From Octopus vulgaris (lineage: Eukaryota): DNA of 64,000 nucleotides. Positions 26,290-41,029 of the stretch are shown one piece after another. The DNA lies in contig OX597834.1 of the NCBI GenBank assembly GCA_951406725.2, forward strand, positions 19,654,001 through 19,718,000. The letters run 5' to 3'. The stretch's first letter is position 1, and every line of letters starts with the position of its first letter. The notes below the pieces were generated by a model. The model did no database searches and had not been told where the DNA came from. It worked only from the letters and a program-made list of their open reading frames with translations. The position numbers were made by a program, and so were the translations under genes.

Positions 26290-27730
26290 TTCTTTCCACT
26301 ATGAGCACAAGGTCTGAAATTTTAGGGGTGAGGGCTGGTGAATTACAGCAACCCCAGTGCACAGCTGGTATTTAATTTATCAACCCTCAAAGGATGAAAG
26401 GTGAAATCAACTTTGTTGGAACTTGAACTCAGAACATGTAGACAAAAAAAATGCTGCTAAGCATTTTGACCGGCATGCTTACAATTCTGTCAGCTTGCCA
26501 CTTTAATATCAATGATAACAGTGGAGGCACAATGGCCCATTGAAACAAAACCAAAACACAACATAATAATAGTAACCCTTCTTACTACAGATACAAGTCC
26601 TGAAATTTGGGTAGATGGTGGGGGCTAGTCAATTACATTGACTCCAGTGCTCAATGAAGAAAAGCAGAGTCAGCCTCGGTGGAATTTGAACTCAGAATGT
26701 TAAACCAGAAGAAATGCTGCTGAGAATTTTGTCTGACATGCCAATGATCTAACCAAATCACTGTCTTAATAATAATAATAATAATTTGTTTCTTTATTAC
26801 CCACAAGGCGCTAAACATAAAGGGGACAAACAAGGACAAACACACGGATTAAGTTGATTGCATCGACCCCAGTGCGTAACTGGTACTTATTTAATCGACC
26901 CCGAAAGGATGAAAGGCAAAGTCGACAATCCCTTCTACTATAAGCACAAGGCCAGAAATTTTGCGTGGGGAGGAATTAGTTGATTACATTGAGCCCCAGT
27001 GCTCAGCTGGTTCTTATTTCATTGACCCTTAAAGGATCAGATTCAAAGTTGATCTCAACAGTATTTGAACTCAAGAGAAATACCACTAAGGATTGAGTCC
27101 GATGTACACACAATTCTGCAAGCTCCCTGCTTTGATAATAATGGTGATAGTAATGATGATGATGGCCTCTCCCATTGAAGATGATGTGTTCAGCTTTTGT
27201 TGAATGACCTACACAAAGGAATTGTTTATAGTGGTCAAATGCTCATGCTGGACATTAGCTCACTCTCTCCATCAAATCGAGGTTGTGTGAACAGGGGCAC
27301 AGTGTGCCATGCGTCAGGTGTCGAAGTGATCACAGAGTAACACAATATGAAGTGTTTTGCTCAAGAACACAATGTACCACCCAGTCTGGGAATTGAAATC
27401 ACAATTGCTAGATCATGGCTGTAACACCCTAACCATTAAGCCATGTGTCCTCACAATAATAATAATAACAATATTAATAATAACCATAAGGATAATAATA
27501 ATGATGATGATGATAATCTTTTCTACTCTAGGCACAAGGCCTGAAATTTTGGGGGAGGGAGCCCAGTTGATTAGATCGACCCCAGTATGCAACTAGTACT
27601 TAATATATCAACCCCGAAAGGATGAAAGGCAAAGTCGACCTCGGCAGAATTTGAACTCAGAATGGAAAGACAGATGAAATACCGCTAAGCATTTCACCCA
27701 GCATGCTAACATTTCTGCCAGCTCACTGCC

Positions 27731-27732
<2 letters not shown>
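26290..27732 (-). mobile_element. Cluster of five SINE-B copies and one SINE-E-like copy, all on the minus strand
   Basis: B-type segments at about 26290-26502, 26575-26765, 26785-26925, 26930-27132 and 27515-27732; E-type at about 27170-27455. Confidence 0.8.
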
Positions 27733-27789
<57 letters not shown>

Positions 27790-28037
27790 TATCATCCCAA
27801 CAACAACTTTGACCTTGAACATCTTTGTTAACTTAGAATACTTGATGCATGGTTCTTTGAGAAGTACTGAATTCTTGTCTTAAGAAAGGCAATACTTGAT
27901 GGATTTCTCAAACTATGGATATTATTGATAAAGGGCTAAAAATGCAAAAATATAAAATAGAGACAACACTAAAATAATTAAAAAAACACAGGCTGAAAAC
28001 TGGGAACTCTGAGATAGTTTCCTGAAATTATCTTTGA

Positions 28038-28095
<58 letters not shown>

Positions 28096-28613
28096 TTTAG
28101 ACGAAGTCAAAATCTTTCTTAAACTGAAATTTATCTCACTTTTACTTTCCTATCTCCTTGTTATATTTTTGCTTCAAATATGTTTTGATTTCTCCCTATT
28201 TATCTTTCTCCCTCTCTCTCTCTCTTTCGATCTCTCTCTCTCTATCCCTCTCTCTCTAAAACACACTATTAGTATAGATCTCCTTGTTATTGATTTCACC
28301 TAAGCTAACATGAAGCAAAAATATTAATTAGGAACCTGTCTTATCTTAATTACTTTTCCCAATTGACTGATGCAGTTTCCCCTCTTTTGTTTTGTCAACT
28401 CCTGCTTTTATTTTCTTCTCTCTCCTTCTCAGTTTTCCTTTTGCCATCCAACCACGACCACCTCTGCCCATTCCACCTCCTATAGCTAATGTTTTATGAA
28501 AATTTTTCTCTATTTACTTAAACATCAAAAATAACTTTGCTTCGTGTGTTTGTGAGTTTGTTTTACATTTATTATTGTTGTATCAGAGATTTGTTTGCAC
28601 TTTAGGTATTTAC

Positions 28614-28662
<49 letters not shown>

Positions 28663-29839
28663 GTTGTTGTTGTTGTTGTTATTTCGTTATCATTATTTTT
28701 ATTTTTATTATTATTATAATTATTATTATTATTATTATTGTTGTTGTTGTTGTTATTTCGTTATCATTATTTTTATTATTATTATTATTATTTTTTTTTT
28801 CTTTATTGTGCATTCATTTAGTTCCAAACTGTCGTTGCAAGGAAGATAATGAAAGTCCCAATAATTAGACGAACAATAATAAATAATATTAACGATTACA
28901 ATAACAATAAAAGTAATTATTCCTTCATTAATATTAATAATAATTACTGACACAAGTGCGAGGTCTCACCTTTTGTATGAAAGAACAATAAATCATACTG
29001 ACACCCCAGTATATTACTGGTATTTAATTTATTGACTGCAGACAAAGAGTGAGTTTCATTCAAGTTCTGGGTTAGATGTAAGTGGTGGCCCACCACCCAC
29101 ACAAAAAGAAATTTCTGTATCTTGTGCCTCAGAAATCATTGATAATAGTAGTTCCAAGTATTGGTACAAGGCCAACAATTTCAGAGAAGGGGATAAGTTG
29201 ATTACATTGACCCCAAAATGCAACTGGTATTTATTTTATCGACCTTGAAAACATAAGAGGCAAAGTCAACCTTGGTGGAAATTGAACTCAAGAGATGATA
29301 TGCTACTAAGCATTTCTGCCTGGTATGCTAACCCTTCGTCTAGCTTTTCACCTTAAAAATTGGTAACAAAGAAATTCTTGTTCAATTCCCATATATGGCT
29401 TTTGAAAGAAAATCAATTCTTTCTTGATTTTTTTTTTTTTAATTTTTTTTACATATTTGGAATGAAAAATAAAATAAGTAAAAAGACACGGTTCCAAGAG
29501 TTGCATCATCTGTGTTGCAGATAAGTTTCTTGTTTTAAATGAAATTAAGGTCTCAAATGGTTACTTAAATAAGTGATCTGAAATTTTCACGAAGCATTAA
29601 GAAATTCTTTATAGTAAATTCAAATCAAACAATGCAAATTGATAAAAATGATTTATTACTATTGATCTGTGTTCTACCTGGTGTCCTTCTCGACTGATAT
29701 ATCTCAATGCACCTTCCCAAATGAAAATTGAAAGCATGCTGTTGCAGATACAGAACACCGAAGAAAATTCTATCTAACTTGAAACATGAAATAATGAAGA
29801 AGTAATAATATTTATCAATTAAGTATCAAATCTACTATA

Positions 29840-30252
29840 CTCTCTCTTTACTCTTTTACTTGTTTCAGTCAAATGACTGCGGCCATGCTGGAGCACCACC
29901 TTTAGTCAAGCAACTCGACCCCGGGACTTATTCTTTGTAAGCCCAGTACTTATTCTATCGGTTTCTTTTGCCGAACCGCTAAGTGACAGGGACATAAACA
30001 CACCAGCATCGGTTGTCAAGCAATGCTAAGGGGACAAACACAGACACGCAAACATACATGCACACATATATATATATATACATATATATGACGGGCTTCT
30101 TTCAGTTTCCGTCTACCAAATCCACTCACAAGGTTTTGGTCGGCCCAAGGCTATAGTAGAAGACACTTGCCCAAGGTGCCACGCAGTGGGACTGAACCCG
30201 GAACCATGTGGTTGATAAGCAAGCTACTTACCACACAGCCATTCCTGCACCT
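29840..30252 (-). mobile_element. SINE-A, full length, young
   Basis: Colinear with other A copies including the (GTAAAAGA)-like tail. Confidence 0.92.
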
Positions 30253-31403
30253 ATATTATATTATATTATATCTTTTATATCATAATACAACATGTACAGT
30301 ATTATAATACATATATGACACCTGCTATATCATAATACTTAAATCTACTGCATCATAATACACATACCTACTATATTATAATATATATTACAATATAATA
30401 ATTATTATAAGATATATATGAACTATCATAATACATACAATATCTACTTTATAACTCACCTGAGAGCAGTATCACACATACTACATACCTCTGCCTCCCA
30501 AATACCACCTGCCCTCAATTATTTTCAATCCTACCCAAGATGTTTCAACTGATCACCTCTCTTTTCTGTGCCTTCAACCACTACTCTCTCTCTCTCTCTC
30601 TCTTTCCCCACTCTGCTATACTCCATCCTAAATACATCCTTTATTTGCTATCATTCTCAATGCCCTCCCTTGTCTCCCATAATGACCCACTTTTATAGCT
30701 CTCTCCCCCTCTCATGTATCCCTATATCTCTATCTCTACAGTTCCTACACTTTGCTCATTCATTCTACTTCTTTTTGTTCAATTCTCCTTTCTGAGTCAC
30801 TCTCATAGCTCCCAACTCACCCCACTACATATTCGTGTTCCCCAACAATCAGTACATTAACCTCTACCTCAAGCTGTTTACCCCCACCCCACCTCACTCT
30901 CTTATGAAAGCATCCACTCCCTCTCATCCCCTTTATAATTCACTACTCATGTTCTCTCTTATGCTTACCTTCTTGTTCTTTGAGAGATTGCTCTTGCACC
31001 CTATCACTACCTTTACCTTATCTCATTCAATCATATAACTCCTCCATAGCAAGACACCTGTGCTTGTTGCTCTACCATACTTTAGCCTTTCTTCACCTGG
31101 ATTACAGCCACCCAACGACCCACCTCTGTCTTCTACTTCCACGTAGCAGTGGGAACTTTTTACTTTTCCTTCTTCTCTGTTCTTTCCTGTCTTGAAAGTT
31201 ATATGCCAACCTCACAAGTGACAGGGACAGAAAAATGCACCCAGTACACTCTGTAAAGTAGTTGGCATTATTAGGAAGGGCATCCAACAATAGAAAACAT
31301 GCCAAAGATGACACTGGAGCTTGACACAACCCTGCAGCTCGTTAGTTCCTGGTCCAACAATCCTACCTGTGCTAACATGGAAAGCAAACATGGAGTAATG
31401 ACA

Positions 31404-31438
<35 letters not shown>

Positions 31439-32465
31439 TGTATGTATGTATGTATGTATGCATGCATGCATGTATGTAAGCAAGCAAGCAAGCAAGCATA
31501 GTCATATATGTTTATATATATGTATGTATATTTATATGTTTATACACACAAATTTATGTATACACACACTCACACACACATATATGAGATGGAGTGTAAC
31601 TAGAAGCTTTATTCAGTACAACAATCGTTTTGGCTTCCTTCTACACTGTTCCCTAGTGAGTGTGGGACGATGTAATAACATCAGATGCAACGCGCTGTAC
31701 AGAGAACCTCATCAGGTGACATAACATGCTTCAAAAGTTATAAGCTTTACATCTTGCTTTCGCTCCAAATTGCATGTTGGTGGTGTGTTGCTAGTAGTTC
31801 ACAAACATAGATATATGTATATATCATGTCAGTTTGAACTCCATAAATATATATAATGTAATTTTCAACACAGTTGTGTACCCCATCATAATTAGAAAGG
31901 TTTACAATAAAATTATGTTCTGATTATATTTATGTATGGTATTTAACATGTCCTGCTATGTTAAATAACTGTCAAATTATCTTGTAGAAATTAAATTTTG
32001 CTGTTAAAATTTAGAAAAAACGATTAAGTAGAAGCAGAAAAATAGATTTAAGTAATTAATTTGTGATTGAGAGTTTGGCAAGTGCTTTGTTGGAAACTCA
32101 TTAACACAGTTATTCAGTAAGCATTATAAAAATGTCAGGTTCCTATCAATGGATCTACTCCTTCTCCATGTCCCACATTGGTGCTTAAAACATGTACTAA
32201 TGTCACTGTATATAGCATTTATGTATTGAGATGTAGGTAGACAAGTAAATTCAAGTCAGCTTTAGGTAAGTGCAGCAGCAGCTGATATGATAAGTAGGGT
32301 CTTTTGTAAAGGTGAAGTTTACATCCTGAAATAGTGGCCTAAGCTTCAGACATTTTCGATAAATCTAACTGAATTCCATATCTACTTCAAACTTTCTTCA
32401 TCTCTATAGCTCTCTCTTTTTCCTCACTTTCTTACCCTCCCCTCTCTCTCTCCCCCTCTCTCTCC

Positions 32466-32500
<35 letters not shown>

Positions 32501-33380
32501 AGTGTTTTCTTCTGTCCCTTTCTCACTCTCTTCCCAGACTTCCCTAGCCTGAACTGTACAAAAGGATCAGAGAATCACATATGGAATAATTTAATTTCAT
32601 GAAACTCCTCTCCTTGGCAGAATCAACAATGGGAAACAAACATTGGCTAGATTAAGAATTTCAGGAATCTGATCTTTAGAAATACACAGGAAATTGGTAA
32701 TATCATGTTCACTGTGAAGAGCAGATAGAATCTGCCAGAGAACTGAGGAAACTGCAGGAAGTTTGTTTTCTCAGCTTACAGTATATATATAGAACACACC
32801 AAAGTTGTAAGGTTCAAAGAGAGCAAATGTAATTAAGGAGGAAATTATCATTAAATCCCTCCAAGTTCAGATTTACTTTCTGTCCTTCCGGCCATCAATA
32901 AAGTACCAGCTGAGTAATGGGGTTAATGTAATCGATAGGTGCAGATGTGGGTGTGTGGTTAAGAAGTTCGTTTCCCAGCCATGTGATTATGGGATCAGTT
33001 TCCCATCGTGGCACCTTCAACAAATGTCTTTTGCTATAGCCACAAGTTGACCAAAGTTTCATGAGTAGAAATAGCAGACAGAAACTAAAAGAAGTCTGTC
33101 GTAACTCCATTTTTGTGTGTGATGTGTAAATACATATATATGTACTTTATTTGTGGGTCAACAAGGCTACCAATAGTTTCATGTAGAGAGAGAAATCTCT
33201 GAACAATTATCAAGCCTCCCCATATGACAGGCTTGATAATTGTCAAGTGAATTATTTCGACATGAAACCAACGGTAGCCTTGTTAAACCACAAATAAAGA
33301 ATATTTATATACTAATGTGGTTATCAGCACTCATCCTCATCATCACTGTTCAATATTTGCCTGTGTATATACATATACAT

Positions 33381-33417
<37 letters not shown>

Positions 33418-33424
33418 CTTTAGT

Positions 33425-33635
33425 TCTTTTACTTGTTTCAGTCATTTGACAGTGGCTATGCTGGAGTAGTGCCTTTTAGTTAAAGAAATTGACCCCTGGA
33501 CTTATTCTTTGTAAACCTGGTACTTATTCTATCAGTCTCTTTTGCTGAACCACTAAGATACAGGGATGTAAACACACCAACATTGGTTGTCAAGCAATGG
33601 TGGGGTGACAAACACAGACAAAAACAGACACATGT

Positions 33636-33682
<47 letters not shown>

Positions 33683-33833
33683 ACAGGCTTCTTTCAGTTT
33701 CCATCTACCAAGTCAACTGACAAGGCTTTGGTCAGCCTGAGGCTATAATAGAAGGCACTTGCCTAAGGTGCCATGCAGTGGGACTGAACCCAGAACCATG
33801 TGGTTTGGAAGCATGCTTCATACCACACAGCCA
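33425..33833 (-). mobile_element. SINE-A, full length
   Basis: Colinear with other A copies. Confidence 0.88.
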
Positions 33834-34362
33834 TCATTGTCATTTAACACCTAACTTTCCATGCTTCCATAGGTTGGGCACACATACATACACACATACA
33901 CATTTACATACATACATGTATGTAAGTATGTGTGTGTATAAATATGTATGTGAATATGTGTATGTTTGTGTCTTCTTGTTTTCAAATCATGTGATTGTTG
34001 TGAGTGAGTGTCATTCATTTACAATATTCCATGAAAACATGTCTGGTCGTGAGAAAATATTGCCTTACTTGGAAACGTAAGGGTTGGTGAAAGGAAAAGC
34101 ATCCAGCCAAAGAAAGTCTGTTCAATTAACTCTGTTCAACCAAGGAAAGCATGGAAATGGGGATGTTAAAATGATGATAATATGTGTATGTCTCTCTGTC
34201 TCTCAACATACACACACATGCACACACACACTTTATTGGTAACTGTGTATTTTGCAATATCTAATCCTCGTTGTGTACATGTTTACCTCATTCTAGAGTT
34301 GGACCCTCCCAACTTAACATCTTGTCTACGTTTCTTTATACTAGCTCCATGTATTCATTATG

Positions 34363-34421
<59 letters not shown>

Positions 34422-34538
34422 CACCATATTTTATACTTATATAGTCAGTGTGCATGTGTGTATGTATATAACACATGCCAGCATGGAAAACGGACATTAA
34501 GTGATGATGAGGATGATGATGATGGACATATGTGTATA

Positions 34539-34582
<44 letters not shown>

Positions 34583-35528
34583 TATATATATGAATATATA
34601 TGCTTTTGAATTTCTATATACATATATCTATATATACACATGCATATATACACGCACATATATAAATGCATATGAATGTGTATACACACATGCATATATA
34701 TATATATACATATATATACATGCACATATATGTATATGCATATATATGAATATATATGCTTATGTGTGTACATATACATATATATAAACATGCATATATA
34801 AATACATATGGGTGTATATACATACATATATATATATATCTGTGTGTATATACAAATGTACATATGTATGTATTTATATGTGTGTGTATATGTGTGTAAT
34901 GTATCATTTAGGTGCTTTTTATTTAAAAGCCTTATAAACTGGATCTTAGGATTGGCTTTTAAGTGTTCTTTCAGGCTCCTGGAAGCTTTATGCACAAACA
35001 AAATAAATCTGAAATATTCTAAACGAATTAGAATTTGTATGTATGCAGTTTGGAAAACACTCACGATATTTTGTTGGAATCCATAGCAAATGAAAGAAAA
35101 AAAAAATTCCCACTGCACCTTCATCAAAGACACTTCAAAACTTCATTTAAAAACAGAGATATTGTGTTGTAAAAGCTCTGCAAAAAAAAAAAAAGAAAAT
35201 ATCACTTCATCTGAGGAGACCCACGGGGACAAAACAGAAAGATTAAACCGCAAATCGATGCTGAGTACGAGAATATAAACTGCAACGGAATTTCCCCTCT
35301 GAGAAACGTGTTAACCTCTCTGTTATCAATATCTACATATGCACCATTATGTGTGGCATTTACTTAATAGCATTGTATAATTATATTATAAATCATGCTG
35401 TCCATTATGTAAGGCAATGTGACAGGTAGAAAATGAAATCCAAGCCTAGCGATATGTTGAGTTATGCAAACTCTTTTGATTGCTGTATAGCATTGCTTGG
35501 CCTTCTGGAACTTCCATTTATTCTTTTA

Positions 35529-35529
<1 letters not shown>

Positions 35530-35561
<32 letters not shown>

Positions 35562-35866
35562 CGTCATCACTAATATTATTATTATTATTATTATTTATAT
35601 TACTGCTACCACTAGTATCATCCTCATTATTATTATTATTATTATTATTATGATTATTATTATTATCATCATCATCACTAATATTATTATTATTATTTAT
35701 ATTACTGCTACCACTATTATCATCCTCATCATCATCATCATTATTATTATTATTATTATTACTATTATTATTATTATTATTATCATCATCATCATCATCA
35801 CTAATATTATTATCATTATTATTTATATTACTGCTACCACTATTATCATCATCATCATTATTATTA

Positions 35867-35907
<41 letters not shown>

Positions 35908-35963
35908 ATTATTATTATTATTATTATTTATATTACTGCTATCACTATTATCATCCTCCTTCA

Positions 35964-36025
<62 letters not shown>
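35530..36025. repeat. (ATT)/(ATC) microsatellite with four higher-order units
   Basis: Anchor TTTATATTACTGCTAYCACTA recurs four times at about 105-125 bp spacing. Confidence 0.9.
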
Positions 36026-36678
36026 GTGAAACTGCATCCATCTAGTGGAATTTCGATATACCTTCTTCTGTATTTGTTTACAGCTTTTCGTTTTGTTTTT
36101 ACTTTTTAAGGATTTTTTAATGTTGGCATGTTGTTTATTTTTTGGTTGTGGTAGTGTGGTGGGGAGGAGTTATTTTTCCGATCAATTTGGATTTTAAAAA
36201 GATAGAGAAAGAAATGAAAGTTACAACAAAATTTATATTTATTACAGGAAAAAATGCCCCATCAAATAATAAAACTTAATTCTTTATAGATATTACTCTT
36301 TTTTTTATTTCTGTGTATGTGTATTTGTGTTTATATATACACATAAACATATACTTCTATGCAAATACACACACACACACACACATGTATATACATACAC
36401 ACACATATATGCATATGTATATATATATATATATAGATACATACACATATGTTTGTGTGTGTGTGTGCATGAGTGTGTGTGTGCATGAGTGTGTGTATGT
36501 GTGTATAGACATGCACAGATGCACAAATATATTTTTATATATATATATATGTGTGTGTGTGTGCTGATATATATAAATACACACACATATATATATACAT
36601 ACACATGTATATGAGTGCATATGTTTATATATCTTTGTATGCACACACAAATATATTTATATGTATATAAATATATAC

Positions 36679-36720
<42 letters not shown>

Positions 36721-37405
36721 TGAGAGAGAGATTCACTCATACGTACACACATGCACAAATGTTCACAAATATGTGTATATCTATTCATGCATATCTGTGT
36801 GTGAGTGTGAATGTGGTTTTGATATCTTTCTGTCACTAACATAATATCTCCGTGAAAAATTGCTCACTTTGGTCATAATTCCACTCGTTACAAGTTTCCA
36901 TAGAACGTTTAAAATGAGAGCAGAGTAAAGTGCATCTTTCCTCTAATCCAGCATTGAAGCTGCTGAAAGCTATCAATCATAGACTCAATTAGCTGTTCTG
37001 TAATCAGAAGCTTTTAAATTTCCAAGGTTTTACAAACTCAATTTTAGACATACTATTCCTAAATTAGGTATTTTGCATCAGTTTTCTAATCTGTGGTTCA
37101 ACAATGAACAAGCTTTCTAGGTTTGAAAAAAAAAATATTTACTCCATTTACCACTGCAGTCTTATAGTAAAAGGATTTGAAGCTTTCATAAAAAAAACCG
37201 TTATTGAGAACTTTTATGTAATTTTTCTTACATCCAACGGTGCACATATGGTAGCGTGGTAAGAAGCTTGCTTCCTGACTACATGGTTCTGGGTTCAGTC
37301 CCACTGCATGGCATCTTGGACAAGTGCCTTCTCTTATAGCTTTGGACCAACCAAAGCCTTGAGAGTGGATTTGGTAAACAGAAACTGAAAGAAGCCTGTT
37401 GTGTT

Positions 37406-37456
<51 letters not shown>

Positions 37457-37905
37457 TATATATGTAATGGTTTTCTGCCTCCAGTTTGAAGAGAGGTTAC
37501 ATGCCCTTAGCCATTAGAGTTTTACAAGTCAGCTAAGCACTTTATGGATATGAAACTATTGGTCACTCTATGGCCAGACATATATTTAACTTCAAGTTAA
37601 TATATATATATATATGTGTGTGTATGTGTTAGTATTTGTCCCCCACCAGTGCTTGTCAACTGGTGTTGATGTGTTTACGTCCCTCTAAAATAGCGGTTTG
37701 GCAAAAAATGACCGATACAATAAGTATTTGGTTTAAAAATAAAATAAGCCCTGGGGTCAATTTGTTTGACTGAAGACCTCTCAATTTGGTGCTCCAGCAT
37801 GGTCTTTTCATACTAACATGCTTCTGACTACCCCTGGTTCGATAATGCAATCTTCCTGCTTTTAAGCGATTGAAATTAAATCTTCCATCAAAATTTCATG
37901 TCATT

Positions 37906-38315
37906 TCCACACTTTAGGTCACATGTTGTTTGAAAACCAACTTCGTTCAGGACCACTGTTGACCTGCCGAATGAATGAAAACATCATGACAATTCGTGAA
38001 ATGACCTTGGGGGGCCGTCACTGAACAATTGACGAACTTGTTGATATGACCAGTGAGTCCTGGGGTTCCTGCCAACAAATTTTGAGTGAGGAATTGCAAA
38101 TGGAAAGAGTTGCAGCAAAACTTGCACCTTGTTTGCTCAAGAAAAATCAAAAGCAGTCATGACTGAATGGCTGCTGTGAATTGAAAGAACTGCTGGAAGT
38201 TGATTCAGACTCCTTTTTTAATGGTCATCACTGGTGACAAAAGCTGGTGCTTTGGAATTTGCAGCTGTGGAATTGGTGAAGCAAAAACGATGGAGGTGTT
38301 AAAAGGCATCACTTC
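37906..38315 (+). mobile_element. Decayed mariner transposase fragment
   Basis: SWGSCQQILSEELQMERVAAKLAPCLL resembles the AKxVPxxL motif; VITGDKSWC resembles IITGDETW. Confidence 0.8.
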
Positions 38316-39369
38316 ACATCTCTTTCCCCCTCTCTCCTTAACTCTCTCCCCTCTCTCCTTACCTCTCTCCCCCTCTCTCCTTACCTGTCTCTCCCTCTCC
38401 CCTTACCGCTCTCTCCTCATCTTGTTTCCTTCCCCTCTTTCCTTCCCCCTCTCTCTTCTTCCTACCTCACCCTCTCTCCCTCTCTCCTTGCCTCTTTCCC
38501 TCTCTCTTGCTGTCACATCCTGGATGTCCTCCCAAGCCAACAGTGTGAAGACTGAGTGAGACTCTCTATCAACCCACGATCACACAGGCACCTAAAACAA
38601 TTAGCAAAAGCATGGTACACACTACTAAGTCATACTTTCTTATGAACAGCACCTGTAGCACCACCACCATTACAGAATTTGATCTCAAAGTAAACTCTGA
38701 GTACAAGTCTCATGTAACACGTGTCCGTTTATTTTTCTTCCTTTTCTATAGATTTATTTTATCCTTTATTTCCTATCAAACTTGATCTTCCACTTCCAAC
38801 ATTTGCAGAAAGTCGTATGATTAATGAGTTTCAAGTTCACTCTTTGTCTAATCTATTCCCTCACCGATTTAACTTTCAGCCTTCCGCTTTCTGCTGAAAT
38901 GTGATAACGAATTATTTGAAAGTATTTATTTTTCGTGAGAAAATAAAGTTTATATGTTGCTTTAACAGCAGCAGAGATCCATGTTTCTGCATCAGGTTTT
39001 TGTTTGCATTTGACTGACGGGAGGTGTAATATGATTGTGGATGAGATTGCTTTCACCTGGTTTCCCCAGCTGCTACTACTGCTACTACTGCTATCCCACC
39101 CCCACCCCGACCTCCTGCCTCACCCCACCACCACCACCACCACCACCGCCACTATCATTGCCAGCATCCCTAAGTGGTTCTTTTGATGCTACCCGCTAAT
39201 AGATATCAAAGAGATAAAAAGAAGTGATATTTCTGACGTTACATGTCATCCTGACTTAACGGAATTATCCAAACTTGTATAGTTTCTCCAGAGGATGACG
39301 TCTGTGCAAATAATCTTTGTGGACAAGCTGAAAGGTGCTGAAGATCGAATGATAATAATAACAATGATG

Positions 39370-39418
<49 letters not shown>

Positions 39419-39423
39419 TAATA

Positions 39424-39655
39424 GAGGCGCAATGGCCTAGTGGTTAGGGCAGCGGACTCGCGGTCGCAGGATCGCGGTTTCGATTCTCAGACCGGGCGTT
39501 GTGTGTGTTTATTGAGTGAAAACACCTAAAAGCTCTACGAGGCTCCGGCAGGGGGTGGTGATCCCTGCTGTACTATTTCACCACAATGGCGGTGCCCCAG
39601 CATGGCCACAGCTCAAGAGCTGAAACTGGAAAAACAAAACAAACAAAACAAACAT
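39424..39655 (+). mobile_element. tRNA-derived SINE family C head with a CR1-LINE-type 3' tail
   Basis: GGCGCAATGGCCTAGTGGTTAGGGCAGCGGACTCGCGG..TTCGATTC; 39585-39630 matches the reverse complement of 58081-58126. Confidence 0.85.
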
Positions 39656-39766
39656 AATAGCATTAACAATAATAATAGTAATAATAATAACAATAATAGC
39701 AATAATAATAATAATGATAATAATAATAATAATGATAATAATAATAATAATAGTAATAGTAATAAC

Positions 39767-39801
<35 letters not shown>

Positions 39802-39869
39802 TAATAATAATAATAATAATAACAACAATAATAGCATTAACAACAACAACAACAACAATAATAATAATA

Positions 39870-40100
39870 GGGACCTTTTGAGCAGGATGGGCTACTCGGC
39901 CAGAAGAAAATTCTAACTGGGCCCCACCTGCAAGGTCATGTGCTGTTTATCTTGATATGAGATCACTATGTCACACACATATGGTTGTGATGCATGTGCC
40001 TGGTATACCCTTATCAGACGGGTAGTCATGATGGGTATACTGGGCTTCATATATTTTACCCCAGTGTCACTTTGATGGCATGCACTGCTCTCTCACTCAA
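39870..40100 (+). mobile_element. Unclassified retroposon-like fragment between (AAT)n arrays
   Basis: GC-richer island ending CTCTCTCACTC then (AAT)n; family not assigned. Confidence 0.45.
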
Positions 40101-40117
40101 TAATGATAATAATAGTA

Positions 40118-40164
<47 letters not shown>

Positions 40165-40372
40165 ACAGGAACAGTATCAGAAGGCATCAAGAAGAATATC
40201 AAGGAAATTGGAATGAAGTGCCTCCTTGGTTTACCTCCCTGGCACGGTCAGAATAATTAGGAAAGTATTAAATAGCTGTAAAGAACAGGTAACATGGTAC
40301 CATAGGCCGCAGTAGCAAGCCCGCTACGCATGCAAGACACCAGGAGTTCCAGCAAAACCTGTGATAAAAAGA

Positions 40373-40408
<36 letters not shown>
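40165..40408 (+). mobile_element. R4/Dong-like non-LTR 3' end within (TAA)n
   Basis: GTVSEGIKKNIKEIG then (shifted) LPGTVRIIRKVL resembles LLGTARIIRKVL; short UTR and (TAA)n tail. Confidence 0.7.
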
Positions 40409-40814
40409 TTCATTTATTTGTCACCGAGGCAAAATACACTACTACTGCTGCTGCTGCTGCTGGTGATGATGATAATGATGATGATATCAAATGGCAGTTT
40501 TATTGTAAAATAGATTCAGGCATAGCTGTGTGGTTATGAAGTTTGTTTTAAATGATATGGTTTCAGGTTCAGTCCCACTGTACAGAACCCAGGGCAAGTG
40601 AAGTGTCTTCTATTACAGCTGCCGGTTGATCAAAGTTTTGTGAGTAAAATTTAGCAAATGGAAACTATTTGACAACATCATCTGACCCTTTACCCCTTCT
40701 TTAGTGGGGGTGTACACTCTGTTGCATGCAGCCAGGTCGGTCCCAGGATAAGAGGGTAAGATTCTCGTTCCCTCCTGACTGTCTGGGCAGGCTGCTGGAA
40801 AATTTTGTCTATAT

Positions 40815-41018
40815 CTTCTTCTTCTTCTTCTTCTTCTTCTTCTTCTTCTTCTTCTTCTTCTTCTTTTTCTTCTTCTTTTTCTTCTTCCTCTCCTTCTTCT
40901 CCCCTCCACCTCCTCCTCCTTCTTCTTTTTCTTCTTCTTCTCCTTCTTCTCCCCCCCTACTCCTCCTTCTCCTCCCCTCCTCCTCCTCCTCCTTCTTCTT
41001 CTTCTTTTCCCCTCCTCC
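40815..41018. repeat. (CTT)n/(CCT)n polypyrimidine tract
   Basis: Direct trinucleotide runs. Confidence 0.95.
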
Positions 41019-41029
41019 TTGGTAGTACT

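Noticed and set aside
34182-36045. Long ORFs of 150-265 aa
   Set aside because: Translations of (TA)n, (CA)n and (ATT)n repeats; low complexity, no domain
39292-39340. EGF-like peptide DDVCANNLCGQAERC after an acceptor-like TTTCTCCAG
   Set aside because: Immediate stop, no good donor, too short to distinguish from chance
39424-39500. tRNA gene
   Set aside because: A and B boxes are present, but the sequence continues into a SINE body with no T-run terminator and recurs at 48340 and 63903
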